A stretch of 64,000 nt of DNA. Origin: Candidatus Woesebacteria bacterium (GTDB lineage Bacteria; Patescibacteriota; Microgenomatia; UBA8517). Shown one piece after another: positions 10,545-24,426 of this stretch. Numbering within the stretch: position 1 is the first letter of the stretch; each line of letters opens with the position of its first letter. Under the pieces are notes generated by a model that worked only from the letters and a program-made list of their open reading frames with translations, searched no databases and was not told where the DNA came from. The stretch spans positions 368,463 through 432,462 of the forward strand of contig CP065002.1 in the NCBI GenBank assembly GCA_016700095.1, read 5' to 3'. The translations under genes and the position numbers were made by a program.

Positions 10545-12257
10545 ATGATACGATTACCTTTTATAAAAAAGATCAATTCAAATACCCTTAGACCAGTGGT
10601 ATTGCTTGTTCTTGACGGTTTCGGTATTGCGCCCGATTCAGTGGGGAACGCAATATCGCAAAGTAAAATGCCCAATATGGACTTTTATAAAACCGCTTAT
10701 CCGTATGGATCCCTAATAGCATCTGGAGAATCTGTCGGACTGCCGGCAAATGAAGCAGGTAACTCGGAAGTTGGCCATCTAACAATAGGTGCAGGTAGGA
10801 CGGTAGATCAGAGTTTGGTGCACATAAATAAATCGATTAAGGATGAAACGTTTTTTGAAAACAAGGCTTTTATTGAAGCGGTTAACCATGTACGTACTAA
10901 TAACTCAAAATTACATATCATGGGGCTTGTAGGTTCGGGAAGTGTGCATTCGGATATTGAACACTTTTATGCCTTGATTGAATTTTGTTTAAGGCAAAAT
11001 ATACATAGTGCACGTTTTCATTTGTTTACGGACGGACGAGATGCACCACCCAAAGACGGAATTAACGTAATCGCCGAAATAGAATCAAGGCTCAATCAGA
11101 TGCCGGTTGGGCAGATAAAAACACTTGCGGGTAGGTATTATGCGATGGATAGAGATGCCAGATGGGATAGAACAAAACTTGTTTATGACGCGCTGGTTAT
11201 GGGTCATGGTCCCAGGTCGAGTACAGCACTCGAGGCGATGAAAAACAATTATGCCAATAATATTACCGACGAATTTATACCACCTACGGTTATCGGGGAA
11301 GCGGGTGCGGCAGATTTAATTAATGATAATGACGCTGTGATTTTTTTCAATTTCCGGATTGATCGTCCTCGCCAGCTTACAATGTCGTTTGTGCTTTCGA
11401 ATTTTGAAACAATAAAAAAGATTGAATTCGGACATGTACCTCACAATATCAAACTAGATAAAACTACTAGTGAAGGACCAACTTTTACCCGAGAAAAAGT
11501 TCCAGCAAATTTGTTTTTTGCAACCATGACGGAATACCAAAAAAACCTTCCGGTTTCCGCGATTGCATACCCGCCACCGATTGTTATTAATAGCATGCCC
11601 GAGGTGCTTTCAAAAGCCGGTTTAAGACAAATGCATATTGCCGAAAGTGAAAAAGAAAGAATGGTCACTTTCTACATGGATGGTTTGAAAGAAACGCCTT
11701 ATGAGAATGAGGAAGTCGTAATTGTACCGTCACCAAAAGTTCCGACATATGACAAAATGCCCGAAATGAACGTGGCGGGAATAGTACGGGAATTCAAAAA
11801 AGCTATCACAAAAGATATTTATCATTTTATTTGTATGAATTTTGCCAACCCTGACATGGTTGCGCATAGTGGAAATATTGATGCTACGAAAAAAGCTTTA
11901 TCGTTTACGGATAACGCGGTTGGAGAAGTGGTTGCGGAAACGTTACGAAGAAATGGCTATGTATTAATTACAGCTGACCACGGTAACTGCGAAGAAATGC
12001 TCACCTTTGACAAAACTTCATTTTATTACACGACCCAACAAGGACAAGTAAATACGGAACATTCAAACAATCCTGTACCTGTATATATTATTGGAAATGA
12101 TTTGAAAACAAATGTTGAAAACGGAGTAATTGTTAGCGACATTAAATTTAACATTAATGGATCTTTGTCGGATGTTGCTCCTACAATACTTGCTTTACTG
12201 AATCTTCCAAAGCCAGAGGTTATGACAGGAAAGAACTTGTTGGCCTCACAGTCCTGA
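10545..12257 (+). CDS. gpmI: 2,3-bisphosphoglycerate-independent phosphoglycerate mutase (iPGM)
   Basis: Motifs LVLDGFGIA, GNSEVGHLTIGAGR and the C-terminal metalloenzyme region (ITADHGN); 570 aa. Confidence 0.85.
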   Translation: MIRLPFIKKINSNTLRPVVLLVLDGFGIAPDSVGNAISQSKMPNMDFYKTAYPYGSLIASGESVGLPANEAGNSEVGHLTIGAGRTVDQSLVHINKSIKDETFFENKAFIEAVNHVRTNNSKLHIMGLVGSGSVHSDIEHFYALIEFCLRQNIHSARFHLFTDGRDAPPKDGINVIAEIESRLNQMPVGQIKTLAGRYYAMDRDARWDRTKLVYDALVMGHGPRSSTALEAMKNNYANNITDEFIPPTVIGEAGAADLINDNDAVIFFNFRIDRPRQLTMSFVLSNFETIKKIEFGHVPHNIKLDKTTSEGPTFTREKVPANLFFATMTEYQKNLPVSAIAYPPPIVINSMPEVLSKAGLRQMHIAESEKERMVTFYMDGLKETPYENEEVVIVPSPKVPTYDKMPEMNVAGIVREFKKAITKDIYHFICMNFANPDMVAHSGNIDATKKALSFTDNAVGEVVAETLRRNGYVLITADHGNCEEMLTFDKTSFYYTTQQGQVNTEHSNNPVPVYIIGNDLKTNVENGVIVSDIKFNINGSLSDVAPTILALLNLPKPEVMTGKNLLASQS

Positions 12258-12309
12258 TTCCCGGTAGTAAACTCTTGCTACTGAAGCTTAAGTCAACTAA
12301 AGTAGATAT

Positions 12310-13020
12310 ATGGCTGATACTGCTCTAACTTACGTTTTGTCATTTACGGTCTGTGCTTTTGCGTTATTACTCATCGCATTAATTAGTTTTTATATTAAAT
12401 TGACAAAAAAATACGTTGATTTATCAAGTAAAACAGGTGAGGATTCTTCAAAAGCGGTAGACATGCGTAATAAGATAATAAACGAAGCCAATATTAAAGC
12501 AATAAAGATATTGGATTCAGCAAATTCGAAAGCAAGTCAGATGATCGGTGATGCAAATGTCTTTAATAAAGTGCAATCTGATGTTTTGGAAAAACAATTA
12601 CAAATTGCCCTTGCAAATTATCAAAAGTTATTTGGTCAAGCTCTTGAGCAAGTTAAAAACTCGGCTGAGATAAGTATACAAAATATATCAAAAGATGTTA
12701 CTTCAGGTACAGACTTATCGCTGTCTAAATTTGACCAGAATGTAAATTCTCAAATAGAATCACTGAAAATAAACCTTGAAAATAAATTGCTTGAATTTCA
12801 GAACGTCATGCAAACCTTGGCAGCTTCGGAAAGGGAACGGATTCAGAAGGACTTTGAGGAAATCAAAGAATTAAAAATTACTAAACTTGATGAAAAAATA
12901 TTGGATGCTGTTTACCTGGTTTCCCGAGAATTTCTAGAAAAGGGATTGTCGCCCAGAGATCACGAAGAACTAATTACAAAAGCGCTCAAACAAGCCAAGG
13001 ACGAAGGGGTGCTTAAATAA
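12310..13020 (+). CDS. atpF: F-type ATP synthase subunit b (N-terminal TM helix plus long coiled coil)
   Basis: Single N-terminal TM followed by a long charged helical region; sits immediately upstream of delta/alpha/gamma/beta/epsilon. Confidence 0.6.
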   Translation: MADTALTYVLSFTVCAFALLLIALISFYIKLTKKYVDLSSKTGEDSSKAVDMRNKIINEANIKAIKILDSANSKASQMIGDANVFNKVQSDVLEKQLQIALANYQKLFGQALEQVKNSAEISIQNISKDVTSGTDLSLSKFDQNVNSQIESLKINLENKLLEFQNVMQTLAASERERIQKDFEEIKELKITKLDEKILDAVYLVSREFLEKGLSPRDHEELITKALKQAKDEGVLK

Positions 13021-13035
13021 TCATATTTTTCTACA

Positions 13036-13497
13036 ATGGACGAGTTTATTCAAAATTTAAAAACACAAGATGAAGTATTAATGCTTGAGGGTGAAATAGA
13101 TGTATTAATTGCCAGCTTGTTCAAAGCTCCGGGGTTTGAAGAAGCGCTCAAAAACTCTGTTAGAGAAAGTACTGCAAGGTTTGTTGAAAAATTGGCCCAG
13201 AACAAGGATAAAGAAAAACTGCTTAAAGATATCAAATTGAGATTGACGAAAGTTGAATCAATAGAATTAGGTTTAGCGCTTGAACCCAATGAGAAAACGT
13301 TAACTAGGCTCAAAAACTGGATAAACATTAATATCGGAACTAACATTGTCATGGATATCAAAGTAAATAGTGATTTAGTGGCAGGCGCTACAGTCTCTTA
13401 TAATGGTAATTACGGTGACTTTACTTTGGCTCAAAGCTTCAAAACAAAATTTGAAAACAAAAAGACGGATCTTATTAAACTGTTAAATTACAAATGA
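13036..13497 (+). CDS. atpH: F-type ATP synthase subunit delta (OSCP)
   Basis: Size, position and C-terminal pattern (...VMDIKVNSDLVAGATVSYNGNYGDFTLAQSF) are typical of delta; overlaps the atpA start. Confidence 0.6.
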   Translation: MDEFIQNLKTQDEVLMLEGEIDVLIASLFKAPGFEEALKNSVRESTARFVEKLAQNKDKEKLLKDIKLRLTKVESIELGLALEPNEKTLTRLKNWININIGTNIVMDIKVNSDLVAGATVSYNGNYGDFTLAQSFKTKFENKKTDLIKLLNYK

Positions 13498-14995
13498 CTG
13501 ACTTCGATACGTTTCTAAATAAAACTGGCGAGGTGGGATATGTGGAAAAAGTTTTTCAAATATTAGTTTACGTCAACGGTTTACCTGGTGCCAGTCCGTC
13601 GGAATTGGTATGTTTTGAAACTGGTGAAACAGGACAGGTATTAACTTTGGATACTGATTTTGTCGAAATTTTATTATTATCAAATAGTAGCGTGGATGTA
13701 GGCACTAAAGTTGCACGGACAGGCAAGCAGCTAAATATTTTGGTCAGTCCACATTTACTTGGAAAATCGATTGATCCGCTTGGAAGCCCAATTCGTTCTG
13801 TTGAAAGTGAGAACAAAAAAACAAAACTCGATCCTAAATTACTGGAGGCAAGAACTCTAAATCCAACGCCATATGGTATTAGTGGCCGCAAAAACATTGA
13901 TCAGAATTTTGAAACAGGGGTGTCGATTGTCGATTTGGTTGTTAGTCTGGGATTGGGGCAAAGGGAGCTAATTGTAGGGGATAGGAAAACAGGAAAAACA
14001 CCATTTCTTCTATCTTCGGCTTTGTCGGCAGCACGCAAGGGGATGATAATTATTTACGCGGCAATTGCCAAAAAAAGATCCGACATTGCTGAGATTGATA
14101 TATTTTTTAGGAAAATGAATATCGAAGACTCTGCCGTACTTGTTGCTTCTAGTTCGGCCGATCCCGCAAGTCTGATTTATCTTACTCCCTACACGGCCAT
14201 GACAATCGCTGAATATTTCAGGGATAAAGGCAAGAATGTGTTAATTATTCTAGATGATATGACGGCGCATGCGAAATGTTACCGTGAGATTACATTACTT
14301 GCCAGAAGATTTCCCGGACGAAGCTCTTATCCTGGTGATATTTTTTATATACATTCAAGACTGCTCGAGCGTGCGGGAAATTTTCAACTAGTACGAAAAA
14401 ACACGCAGGGAAAGCTCGATACGATAAACTCATCAATTACTTGCTTGCCTGTTGCAGAACTTGTTATGGGAGATTTATCGGGTTATATCCAGACAAATCT
14501 CATGTCAATGACAGATGGACACATATACTTTGATATAGATTTATATAATGAAGGAAGACGCCCCGCAATTAATCCATTTCTAAGTGTTACCCGTGTCGGT
14601 AGACAAGCGCAGAGTCCGTTAGTACGTGATTTATCGAGAATGGTGACTAGTTTTCTAATTCGTTTGCGTGACTTGGAGAGATTTATGCATTTTGGTACCG
14701 AACTTACCGACAAATCAAGAAAAGAGTTGATGCTCGGAGCACGGTTAAAAGAATTTTTTAACCAATCCAGTGAAGCGATTATTCCTCTTCCGGTTAGTAT
14801 TTTAATTGTTGCCGGTATTTGGATTGAAACTTGGAAAAGTGTCGAAACAGCTGAGTTCAAACATGCAATCGAAATTATACGGACAAAATACGCTAGTGAT
14901 CAAAAATACCGCAACGATATTGATACATTGATTAATAATAGTAGTACATTTGATACGCTTATGGAAGCGTTAAGACTGAAAGGAGAGTTGTTGAA

Positions 14996-14999
<4 letters not shown>
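13494..14999 (+). CDS. atpA: F-type ATP synthase subunit alpha
   Basis: P-loop GDRKTGKT; alpha-type N-terminal beta-barrel; 501 aa. Confidence 0.9.
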
Positions 15000-17500
<2,501 letters not shown>

Positions 17501-18235
17501 TAAATGAATTTCTGCATATACTAATATATATTTTGATATACTTTATCGAAGCCATGTTTGCGGTAAATTATTCAATTTTCTTAGATGGTTTGCGAGAGAA
17601 ATAGGTGTTCCAATAATTTTGTGAAAATATTAAGTGTTGTTGTTTGGGAATTCTACACCTTATAATTGAAGAGTATTGGCAGTATATACGAATAAGTGCT
17701 AAAAGATATCGAAGAAGATTTAGTCCGAATCCAGGGATTAAGAAATCAAGAAATCGGTTTAGGATTGTATTGAGCAAATTAATTATAATAAGCCAGTTCC
17801 CAGCTATTCATAATCCATATAAATTATTTTTCAGTGAAAAATGAAATCTATACTTTGTATTATCAAAGTGATAGTGGTTATGGGAAACCGAGGCGGAAAA
17901 AAAAAGACGAAAATATTTTGATGCAGTAAATAAATTTCCTATGTTTTCACAGATATGTATATTTTCTGCATTACGGTTAATTCTGATTAAATAGGCATAT
18001 TATGCGTTAATTATCATGCAGAAATAAATTATACGAATATTCCGAAAGGCTAAATATACCTTAAGTACTATAAGGGTAAAGTATATTTCAGTTAATAAAT
18101 GTCCTAAGTTGTAAATGTACGAAAATGAGAAATTCGAAAGTAGAGGCAGGAGGTGAGTATAGATTTTCATCGGGTAAATTGATTAAACTAAAGCATCTAG
18201 TACGGGATTGAACCCAATACTATAAGAGTTTATAC

Positions 18236-20857
18236 TTGAGCCGAAAAACAATAAAAATGTCTAGCAATAAACGTTCAACCCGCAATAGCTTTGATCATAT
18301 TGCCTGTGAATCCAAGTGGTGGAAAACATGGCTGGAAAAAAACATTTATACCCCAGATATTCTTAATGCCAAGAAACCTTTTTACAACCTAATGATGTTC
18401 CCTTATCCATCTGCAGAAGGTTTACATGTTGGGAATATGTATGCATTTACAGGCGCGGATATTTATGGTCGCTATAAAAGAATGTCGGGTTTTGATGTCT
18501 TTGAGCCAATCGGACTTGACGGTTTTGGAATTCATAGTGAGAATTATGCGATTAAAGTTGGTAGGCATCCCAAGGAAAATGCTCAGATTACTGAGGACAA
18601 GTTTTATGGTCAGCTGTCAAAGGTAGGTAATTCGTACGCTTGGGATATGCGATTAGAAACTTATGATAAAGAGTATTACAAATGGACTCAGTGGCTATTT
18701 ATAAAGCTATTTAAAAAGGGATTAGCATATAAAGGAAATGCGAAAGTTAATTGGTGTCCAAATTGCAAAACTGTGCTTGCGGATGAGCAAGTGGAGGACG
18801 AAGCTTGTGAACGCTGTAAATCTATAGTCGAAAGGCGAGAAATGAGCTCCTGGTATTTTAGAATTACCGAGTATGCCGACAGATTATTGGCCAATATTGA
18901 TACTCCACTTAAAGATAATGGTGAAAAGGTGAGTTTGTCAAAAGAAGGAAAATCGGGAAATGGTCTTAATTGGCCGGAAAAAATTAAGATTGCCCAAAGA
19001 AAATGGATTGGCAAAAAAGAGGGTATTAATATAAATTACCCAATCGAGAATACCGACAAGACGGTGGTTTGTTGGACTTCAAGGCCGGATACAAATTTTG
19101 GTGCAACCTTTATTGTCGTCTCGCCTGAGTACGCACAAAAAAATCTATTATCCGCAGTTTCTGCAGAAAACCAAATTAAACTATCAGAATATATCAATAC
19201 ATCTCTTAACAAATCAGAACAACAAAGACTACTAGACGGGAGAGAAAAGACGGGAGTTTTTACCGGTTTGTATGCGATTAACGGATTGAATGGTTACAAG
19301 ATGCCGATTTGGGTGGCCGATTTCGTCCTGTCGGGCGTCGGAACAGGAGCCGTTGTCGGAGTTCCCGGTCACGACAAAAGAGATTTCGAATTTGCTCAAG
19401 CTTTCCAAATCCCGATAATCAGGGTTGTTTCTAATTCAGGAGATAATTCTGATATTAGAAAAATTGACCAAGTCCAGGAAAACGAAGGTGTCATGATTAA
19501 TTCAGATTTTTTGAATGGTTTAGAAATTCATGAAGCCAAGGAGAAAATGATGGATTATCTTGAAAAAAACAAGATGGGAGAAAGAGAATATAACTACCAC
19601 CTTCGCGATTGGTTGATAAGTAGACAGCGATACTGGGGGCCTCCGATTCCGATGATTTATTGTGCAAAGTGTGCCGCAAAGGGAGTGGGAGAAAGGCAAG
19701 ACTTACCGGGGTGGTATTGTGTCAACGAAACAGATTTACCTGTTGTATTACCGGACATTAAAGATTTCAAACCCAAAGGCGATGGAACGTCCCCTTTATT
19801 TAACGCTCCAAAGTCGTGGAAAGAGGTTCGTTGTCCGAAGTGTAACAATATTGCCGTGCGTGAATTAGATGTGTCTGATACATTTTTAGATAGTTCGTGG
19901 TATTTCCTGCGCTATCCATCGTTGAAATCTGAAGCAAACGATTTGCCTTGGGACAATAAAATCACCGAGAAGTGGTTACCTGTTGATGCATATATCGGAG
20001 GAGCAGAACACGCTGTTTTGCATTTACTGTATTCACGCTTTATTGCGATGGCACTAAAAGACATGAAGTACTTAAATTTTGAAGAACCATTTCCGTTTCT
20101 TTTTGGTCATGGTTTGATAATAAAAGACGGAGCCAAAATGAGTAAGTCAAAAGGAAATGTAATTAATCCGGATGACTATATTGCCAAGTTCGGTGCTGAT
20201 ACGTTGCGATGTTATTTGATGTTTTTGGGTCCATTTGATTCTGGAGGTGATTTTCGTGATACGGGCATGGAGGGGATGCAAAGATTTCTGATGCGGGTTT
20301 GGGATCTTTTTTCCAACCACAGGGATGTTATTTTAAATACGAGTGATGGTGAGAAAGTGTTGGTTATGATGAACAAAACTATAAAAAGAGTGACCGGTGA
20401 TATGGATAGTTTTAAATTCAATACAGCTTTGTCGGCGATAATGGAATTTGTAAATCTCTTACGAGACACGGCAGACAATGCAAACGAAACTAAAGCGTCT
20501 TTGTCGACAAACGAATGGAATAGTGCACTTTGCGTTTTGACTAAGCTTATAGCGCCCTACGCGCCGTATATGAGTGAAGAATTGTGGGTTAATGTACTCG
20601 GTCAGGATTTTTCGATTCATACGAGCAAATGGCCAATGTTTGATGAGAAATATCTAGTTGAGGATACGCTTGATATCGTATTGCAGGTAAACGGAAAGTT
20701 GAGAGCAATGATGACGGTAGATAAAAATGTAGCAAACGACAAAGAAAAGTTGATTAAACTTGCACAGGCAAACGACAAGATTTCCCCATATCTCACGGGT
20801 GTTAGTTGTAAAAAGATAATTTATGTGCCTAACAAATTGGTAAACTTCGTTGTGTAA
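18236..20857 (+). CDS. leuS: Leucyl-tRNA synthetase
   Basis: Class I HIGH-region variant PYPSAEGLHVGNMYAFTGADIYGRYKRMSG, the KMSKS motif (AKMSKSKGN), and zinc/editing insertions; 873 aa. Confidence 0.9.
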   Translation: MSRKTIKMSSNKRSTRNSFDHIACESKWWKTWLEKNIYTPDILNAKKPFYNLMMFPYPSAEGLHVGNMYAFTGADIYGRYKRMSGFDVFEPIGLDGFGIHSENYAIKVGRHPKENAQITEDKFYGQLSKVGNSYAWDMRLETYDKEYYKWTQWLFIKLFKKGLAYKGNAKVNWCPNCKTVLADEQVEDEACERCKSIVERREMSSWYFRITEYADRLLANIDTPLKDNGEKVSLSKEGKSGNGLNWPEKIKIAQRKWIGKKEGININYPIENTDKTVVCWTSRPDTNFGATFIVVSPEYAQKNLLSAVSAENQIKLSEYINTSLNKSEQQRLLDGREKTGVFTGLYAINGLNGYKMPIWVADFVLSGVGTGAVVGVPGHDKRDFEFAQAFQIPIIRVVSNSGDNSDIRKIDQVQENEGVMINSDFLNGLEIHEAKEKMMDYLEKNKMGEREYNYHLRDWLISRQRYWGPPIPMIYCAKCAAKGVGERQDLPGWYCVNETDLPVVLPDIKDFKPKGDGTSPLFNAPKSWKEVRCPKCNNIAVRELDVSDTFLDSSWYFLRYPSLKSEANDLPWDNKITEKWLPVDAYIGGAEHAVLHLLYSRFIAMALKDMKYLNFEEPFPFLFGHGLIIKDGAKMSKSKGNVINPDDYIAKFGADTLRCYLMFLGPFDSGGDFRDTGMEGMQRFLMRVWDLFSNHRDVILNTSDGEKVLVMMNKTIKRVTGDMDSFKFNTALSAIMEFVNLLRDTADNANETKASLSTNEWNSALCVLTKLIAPYAPYMSEELWVNVLGQDFSIHTSKWPMFDEKYLVEDTLDIVLQVNGKLRAMMTVDKNVANDKEKLIKLAQANDKISPYLTGVSCKKIIYVPNKLVNFVV

Positions 20858-21050
20858 TCTCTTATTTTAGTTTTAAGATAGACGAGGGTTTTTATTAACA
20901 CAAGATAAATGCAATTAACTTTAGCTTAAGTATGCGAAGTTTTTGACGTAGTAAATGGATTTTAATATCCAACTTTTAAATTAACTAATTTAGCTTCAAT
21001 ACCAAAAATAGCTATTTGCAAATTAATATTTCTTGGACGTATTATAAAAT

Positions 21051-21734
21051 ATGACCAAAGAGAGCTCCCTTTACGTGGGGAAATTGTCTGATGACTTTGA
21101 CATCGATGACAACAAGATTTCTTCAAATGTCTCCGAATTAGTATTGAAATATAGGATGGTAATTATTGTTTTTATTTGCGGAGTATTGATACTTCTTATT
21201 GGAGTATTTTGGTTATTTAAAGATACGTCTAAATCTGAAGAAATAATTGTATTGGGAGCAAAACAAGAAGTTGGAAAAACACTGGTGGTTGAAGTGTCCG
21301 GAGCGGTCAATACACCCGGTGTCTATAAAGTAGACAGTGGACTACGGATTGCCGATACGATTGAAATAGCGGGGGGACTAAAGGAATCCGCCGATAATGA
21401 GTGGATAGACAAGGTGTTAAATAGAGCTAGCTTTGTGGAAGATGGGCAAAAAATCTATATACCATATGCTGGTAAGCAAACATCAAATGGGAGTGCTAAC
21501 AAAAGTGAAGACTATCAAAGTATATCAAGCGTTAATAATGCGGTAAACGAACAACTGGTGAATATTAATACTTCAAGCGCTAAAGAACTGGAAGCACTGT
21601 GGGGAATAGGCCAAGTAACAGCCCAAAATATCATTGAACAACGGCCTTACTCAAATGTCGAAGATTTACTAACCAGAAAAATAATCAAGTCAAATGTGTA
21701 TGAACGCAACAAAGATTTACTGACAGTTTACTGA
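21051..21734 (+). CDS. comEA: ComEA-like DNA-uptake protein (TM anchor + SLBB domain + helix-hairpin-helix)
   Basis: N-terminal TM; an SLBB-like segment (VVEVSGAVNTPGVYKV...IYIP); C-terminal HhH NINTSSAKELEALWGIGQVTAQNIIEQR. The stop TGA overlaps the comEC ATG by 1 nt. Confidence 0.75.
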   Translation: MTKESSLYVGKLSDDFDIDDNKISSNVSELVLKYRMVIIVFICGVLILLIGVFWLFKDTSKSEEIIVLGAKQEVGKTLVVEVSGAVNTPGVYKVDSGLRIADTIEIAGGLKESADNEWIDKVLNRASFVEDGQKIYIPYAGKQTSNGSANKSEDYQSISSVNNAVNEQLVNINTSSAKELEALWGIGQVTAQNIIEQRPYSNVEDLLTRKIIKSNVYERNKDLLTVY

Positions 21735-22849
21735 TGTTAACACTTGGAAAAATTACAACTCACAGACTAAAATGGAGCATCCCATTATTAAGGTATTTAG
21801 TTATTTGGCTAGTGCTTGTTCCGATTGCAATTATCCGTGTAGTCTCCTACAAAACTCCGTTTTCCGATGGAGATCGAGTGTTGTTGTCGGGTAAAGTTAA
21901 ATCGGAACCCGTACGCTATTCGAGTTCGCAAGGACTTAATTTCCATGAAGTGTATATTTATCTTCCTGCCTTTCCAGAAATTAATTACGGTGACGAGATT
22001 GTGGTTGAGGGGATTTACAAAGAGGGTAAATTGCAGAATCCCAAATTACACAAATTGACAAAGTCCACCAATGTAATTTACACAGTCCGAAATACAATTA
22101 TAGGTATATTTATCAGGTCGCTTCCGAAAGACGTTGCGGCGTTAACTTCAGGAATGGTAATCGGAACAAAAACGCTAATCAGTGAAAGTTTTTGGGAGAA
22201 ATTAAAGGCAACCGGAACCGCACATGTTGTTGTCGCTTCGGGCATGAACGTAACTCTCGTTGCAGGCTTTTTGGTGAGGTTGATGGTGATATTTGTCAGT
22301 AGAAAAAAAGCTGTCCTGATAGCACTTGTAGGAATATGGATTTACGCTGTAATGGCGGGTTTTGACGCACCAATCGTGCGTGCCGGAATCATGGGGTCGA
22401 TTGGATTAGCCGCGGTTATAGCCGGTAGGTTAAATCTAGCCTGGCGAAGTTTAATTTTGAGTGCAGTTGTGATGTTAATTATTTGGCCGTATTGGATTGG
22501 GGATCTGGGATTTATATTGTCTTTTATGGCCACCTTGTCAATAATGTTTTTTGAACGTCCCCTTGCAAGTAAACTTAAATTTATCCCCGGAATTGTGCGT
22601 CAGGATCTATCGACATCATTGGCGGCTCAGATTGGAGTTGCCCCAATTTTATTCTTCGAATTTGGACAGTTAAACGTGTTGTCTCCTTTGATTAACGTAT
22701 TTATCTTGTGGACGGTTGTGCCTATTACGATCATTGGAATACTGGGAGCTTTGGTCGGGCTTGTATTTGAGCAAGGAGGACAAGCGATACTTTATTTAAA
22801 TTACCCGCTTGCGACATGGTTTCTTTTTGTTGTCGATATATTTTCTTAA
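21734..22849 (+). CDS. comEC: ComEC/Rec2 membrane channel part (DUF4131 + competence domain)
   Basis: Polytopic membrane protein with the competence-domain motif TGTAHVVVASGMNV (cf. GLxHLLAISGLHV). Confidence 0.75.
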   Translation: MLTLGKITTHRLKWSIPLLRYLVIWLVLVPIAIIRVVSYKTPFSDGDRVLLSGKVKSEPVRYSSSQGLNFHEVYIYLPAFPEINYGDEIVVEGIYKEGKLQNPKLHKLTKSTNVIYTVRNTIIGIFIRSLPKDVAALTSGMVIGTKTLISESFWEKLKATGTAHVVVASGMNVTLVAGFLVRLMVIFVSRKKAVLIALVGIWIYAVMAGFDAPIVRAGIMGSIGLAAVIAGRLNLAWRSLILSAVVMLIIWPYWIGDLGFILSFMATLSIMFFERPLASKLKFIPGIVRQDLSTSLAAQIGVAPILFFEFGQLNVLSPLINVFILWTVVPITIIGILGALVGLVFEQGGQAILYLNYPLATWFLFVVDIFS

Positions 22850-22852
22850 TAC

Positions 22853-23746
22853 ATGCATAGATTGCTAATATTTGTCGGCGTCTTAGTTACTACAACTCTT
22901 TGTAGTACTTTAATTTTATTGCCCGATTCGAATTTGCATATTATTTCGTGTGATGTAGGGCAGGGAGATGCGACACTTGTGGTATATAAAGATAAACAAA
23001 TTGTTGTGGATGCAGGACCGGTTGGTGGGGGAGCCGTTGAGTGTTTAAACAAACACATGCCGTTTTGGGATAGAGAAATTGAGCTTGTAATTTTGACGCA
23101 TCCACAGATTGATCACTTTGGAGGACTGATTGAAATAGCCAAGATGTATAAAGTGGACAATTTCGTTTCATCCGGGCTCGGAAATAGCACTCCAGAATAT
23201 CAAGCGCTAATAAATGTCCTAGGGGGGTCAGAGGTTCGACTGATAATAGCGCAAGATACCGCAAGTATCGGTATAGGTGTGATGTATTTAGACATACTAC
23301 ATCCAAACGAGAATTTTATTCGCCAAAATTGCAATTTATTAAAACCCGACGATGATGGATTAATACATACAATGAAGTGTGACAGTGATCCTAATGATTA
23401 TTCTGTTGTGGTTAGATTAAGGCTGGAAGAATTTACTGCCTTGTTTACCGGCGACATGGGTCCAAAGGTTACCGATGAGATTTTGACGCGTTTTGACATA
23501 GGACATGTAAACTACATCAAAATACCTCATCATGGTAGCAAGAATGGATTAAGCAAAACTTTGCTTGAAGAAACACTTCCTGAAGTTGCAGTAATTAGTG
23601 TTGGGAAAAATAATAGCTATGGTCATCCACATAAGGAAATTCTAGATTTGCTTCATGAATTTAATGTTCAGATTCTAAGAACCGATTTGGAAGGTAATAT
23701 CGAAGTAGTAACAGACGGAATCGGTTATTGGATTAAAAAGCAGTAA
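22853..23746 (+). CDS. comEC: ComEC C-terminal metallo-beta-lactamase domain as a separate ORF
   Basis: MBL motifs HIISCDVGQGDATLV, ILTHPQIDHFGGL and HHGSKNG; starts 3 nt after the stop of the membrane part. Confidence 0.7.
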   Translation: MHRLLIFVGVLVTTTLCSTLILLPDSNLHIISCDVGQGDATLVVYKDKQIVVDAGPVGGGAVECLNKHMPFWDREIELVILTHPQIDHFGGLIEIAKMYKVDNFVSSGLGNSTPEYQALINVLGGSEVRLIIAQDTASIGIGVMYLDILHPNENFIRQNCNLLKPDDDGLIHTMKCDSDPNDYSVVVRLRLEEFTALFTGDMGPKVTDEILTRFDIGHVNYIKIPHHGSKNGLSKTLLEETLPEVAVISVGKNNSYGHPHKEILDLLHEFNVQILRTDLEGNIEVVTDGIGYWIKKQ

Positions 23747-23832
23747 TCACTAGATTATTTGTATACACGATTTATGCGATAGAGGTAAGTAATAAATTAT
23801 TTGGAACTATGTAAGTGTTGTAAAACTTATGA

Positions 23833-24114
23833 TTAACCCTCGGTAATGGTCTCAGAGATTCTACCGTTTTTTATAAACACTTGCATTTGTCTCGCTGGTT
23901 TGTTATTTGTATGTATTGTTTGATATCCCTGGAGTGCAAAACCGCGTGTCGGTGCAATGTCACGTCTTCCTTTGCTAGAATGATGGTCACTCACAAAAGC
24001 ATCGAGTATTTGACCAATCTTTAATCTTGCGTGGGGGCATGTATTACATCGTGCATTCGTGGGTTGATCACATTTTTTACCGGTTACATCACACTGTATT
24101 ATTTCTTTTGCCAT
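23833..24114 (-). CDS. Hypothetical small zinc-ribbon-like protein
   Basis: Cys pairs CDVTGKKC ... CNTCPH; 93 aa; no family recognised. Confidence 0.4.
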   Translation of the reverse strand: MAKEIIQCDVTGKKCDQPTNARCNTCPHARLKIGQILDAFVSDHHSSKGRRDIAPTRGFALQGYQTIHTNNKPARQMQVFIKNGRISETITEG

Positions 24115-24426
24115 GTTATTTAATATAATTTCCTAACTAAAATAATTATCAAATTAAGAAACAAAGGATTCTAGCATTTACATGGAGGAATGTAAAATAA
24201 TCACATATTGTGAGAAACTGATTGGTTGGTGGAAAGTATTTACCAGTTGTGAAATGGTATTCTGACATTTATCAAATAACTAGCTTTGGAGATACGTTGT
24301 TATGGGTTGTGGGCAAGATATTTGTGTAGTGTTGCAGATGATTCTAGCAATTTAAGCTACTTGGATAACATATGATAATCTTTAGGATATCAAAACAAAG
24401 ACCTTGATTTCCACCACGGGAATATA

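Noticed and set aside
17568-17844. Small overlapping ORFs 17568..17777 (-) and 17644..17844 (+) in the 736-bp atpC-leuS gap; also looked for a T-box leader before leuS
   Set aside because: Low-complexity, mutually overlapping, no start context. No T-box consensus (AATTAGGGTGGTACCGCG-like) or specifier hairpin was seen in 17500..18235.
24176-24195. Hairpin ttacat-ggagga-atgtaa upstream of the Zn-ribbon gene, considered as an operator
   Set aside because: Only a 6-bp AT-rich stem, which is expected by chance in AT-rich intergenic DNA.
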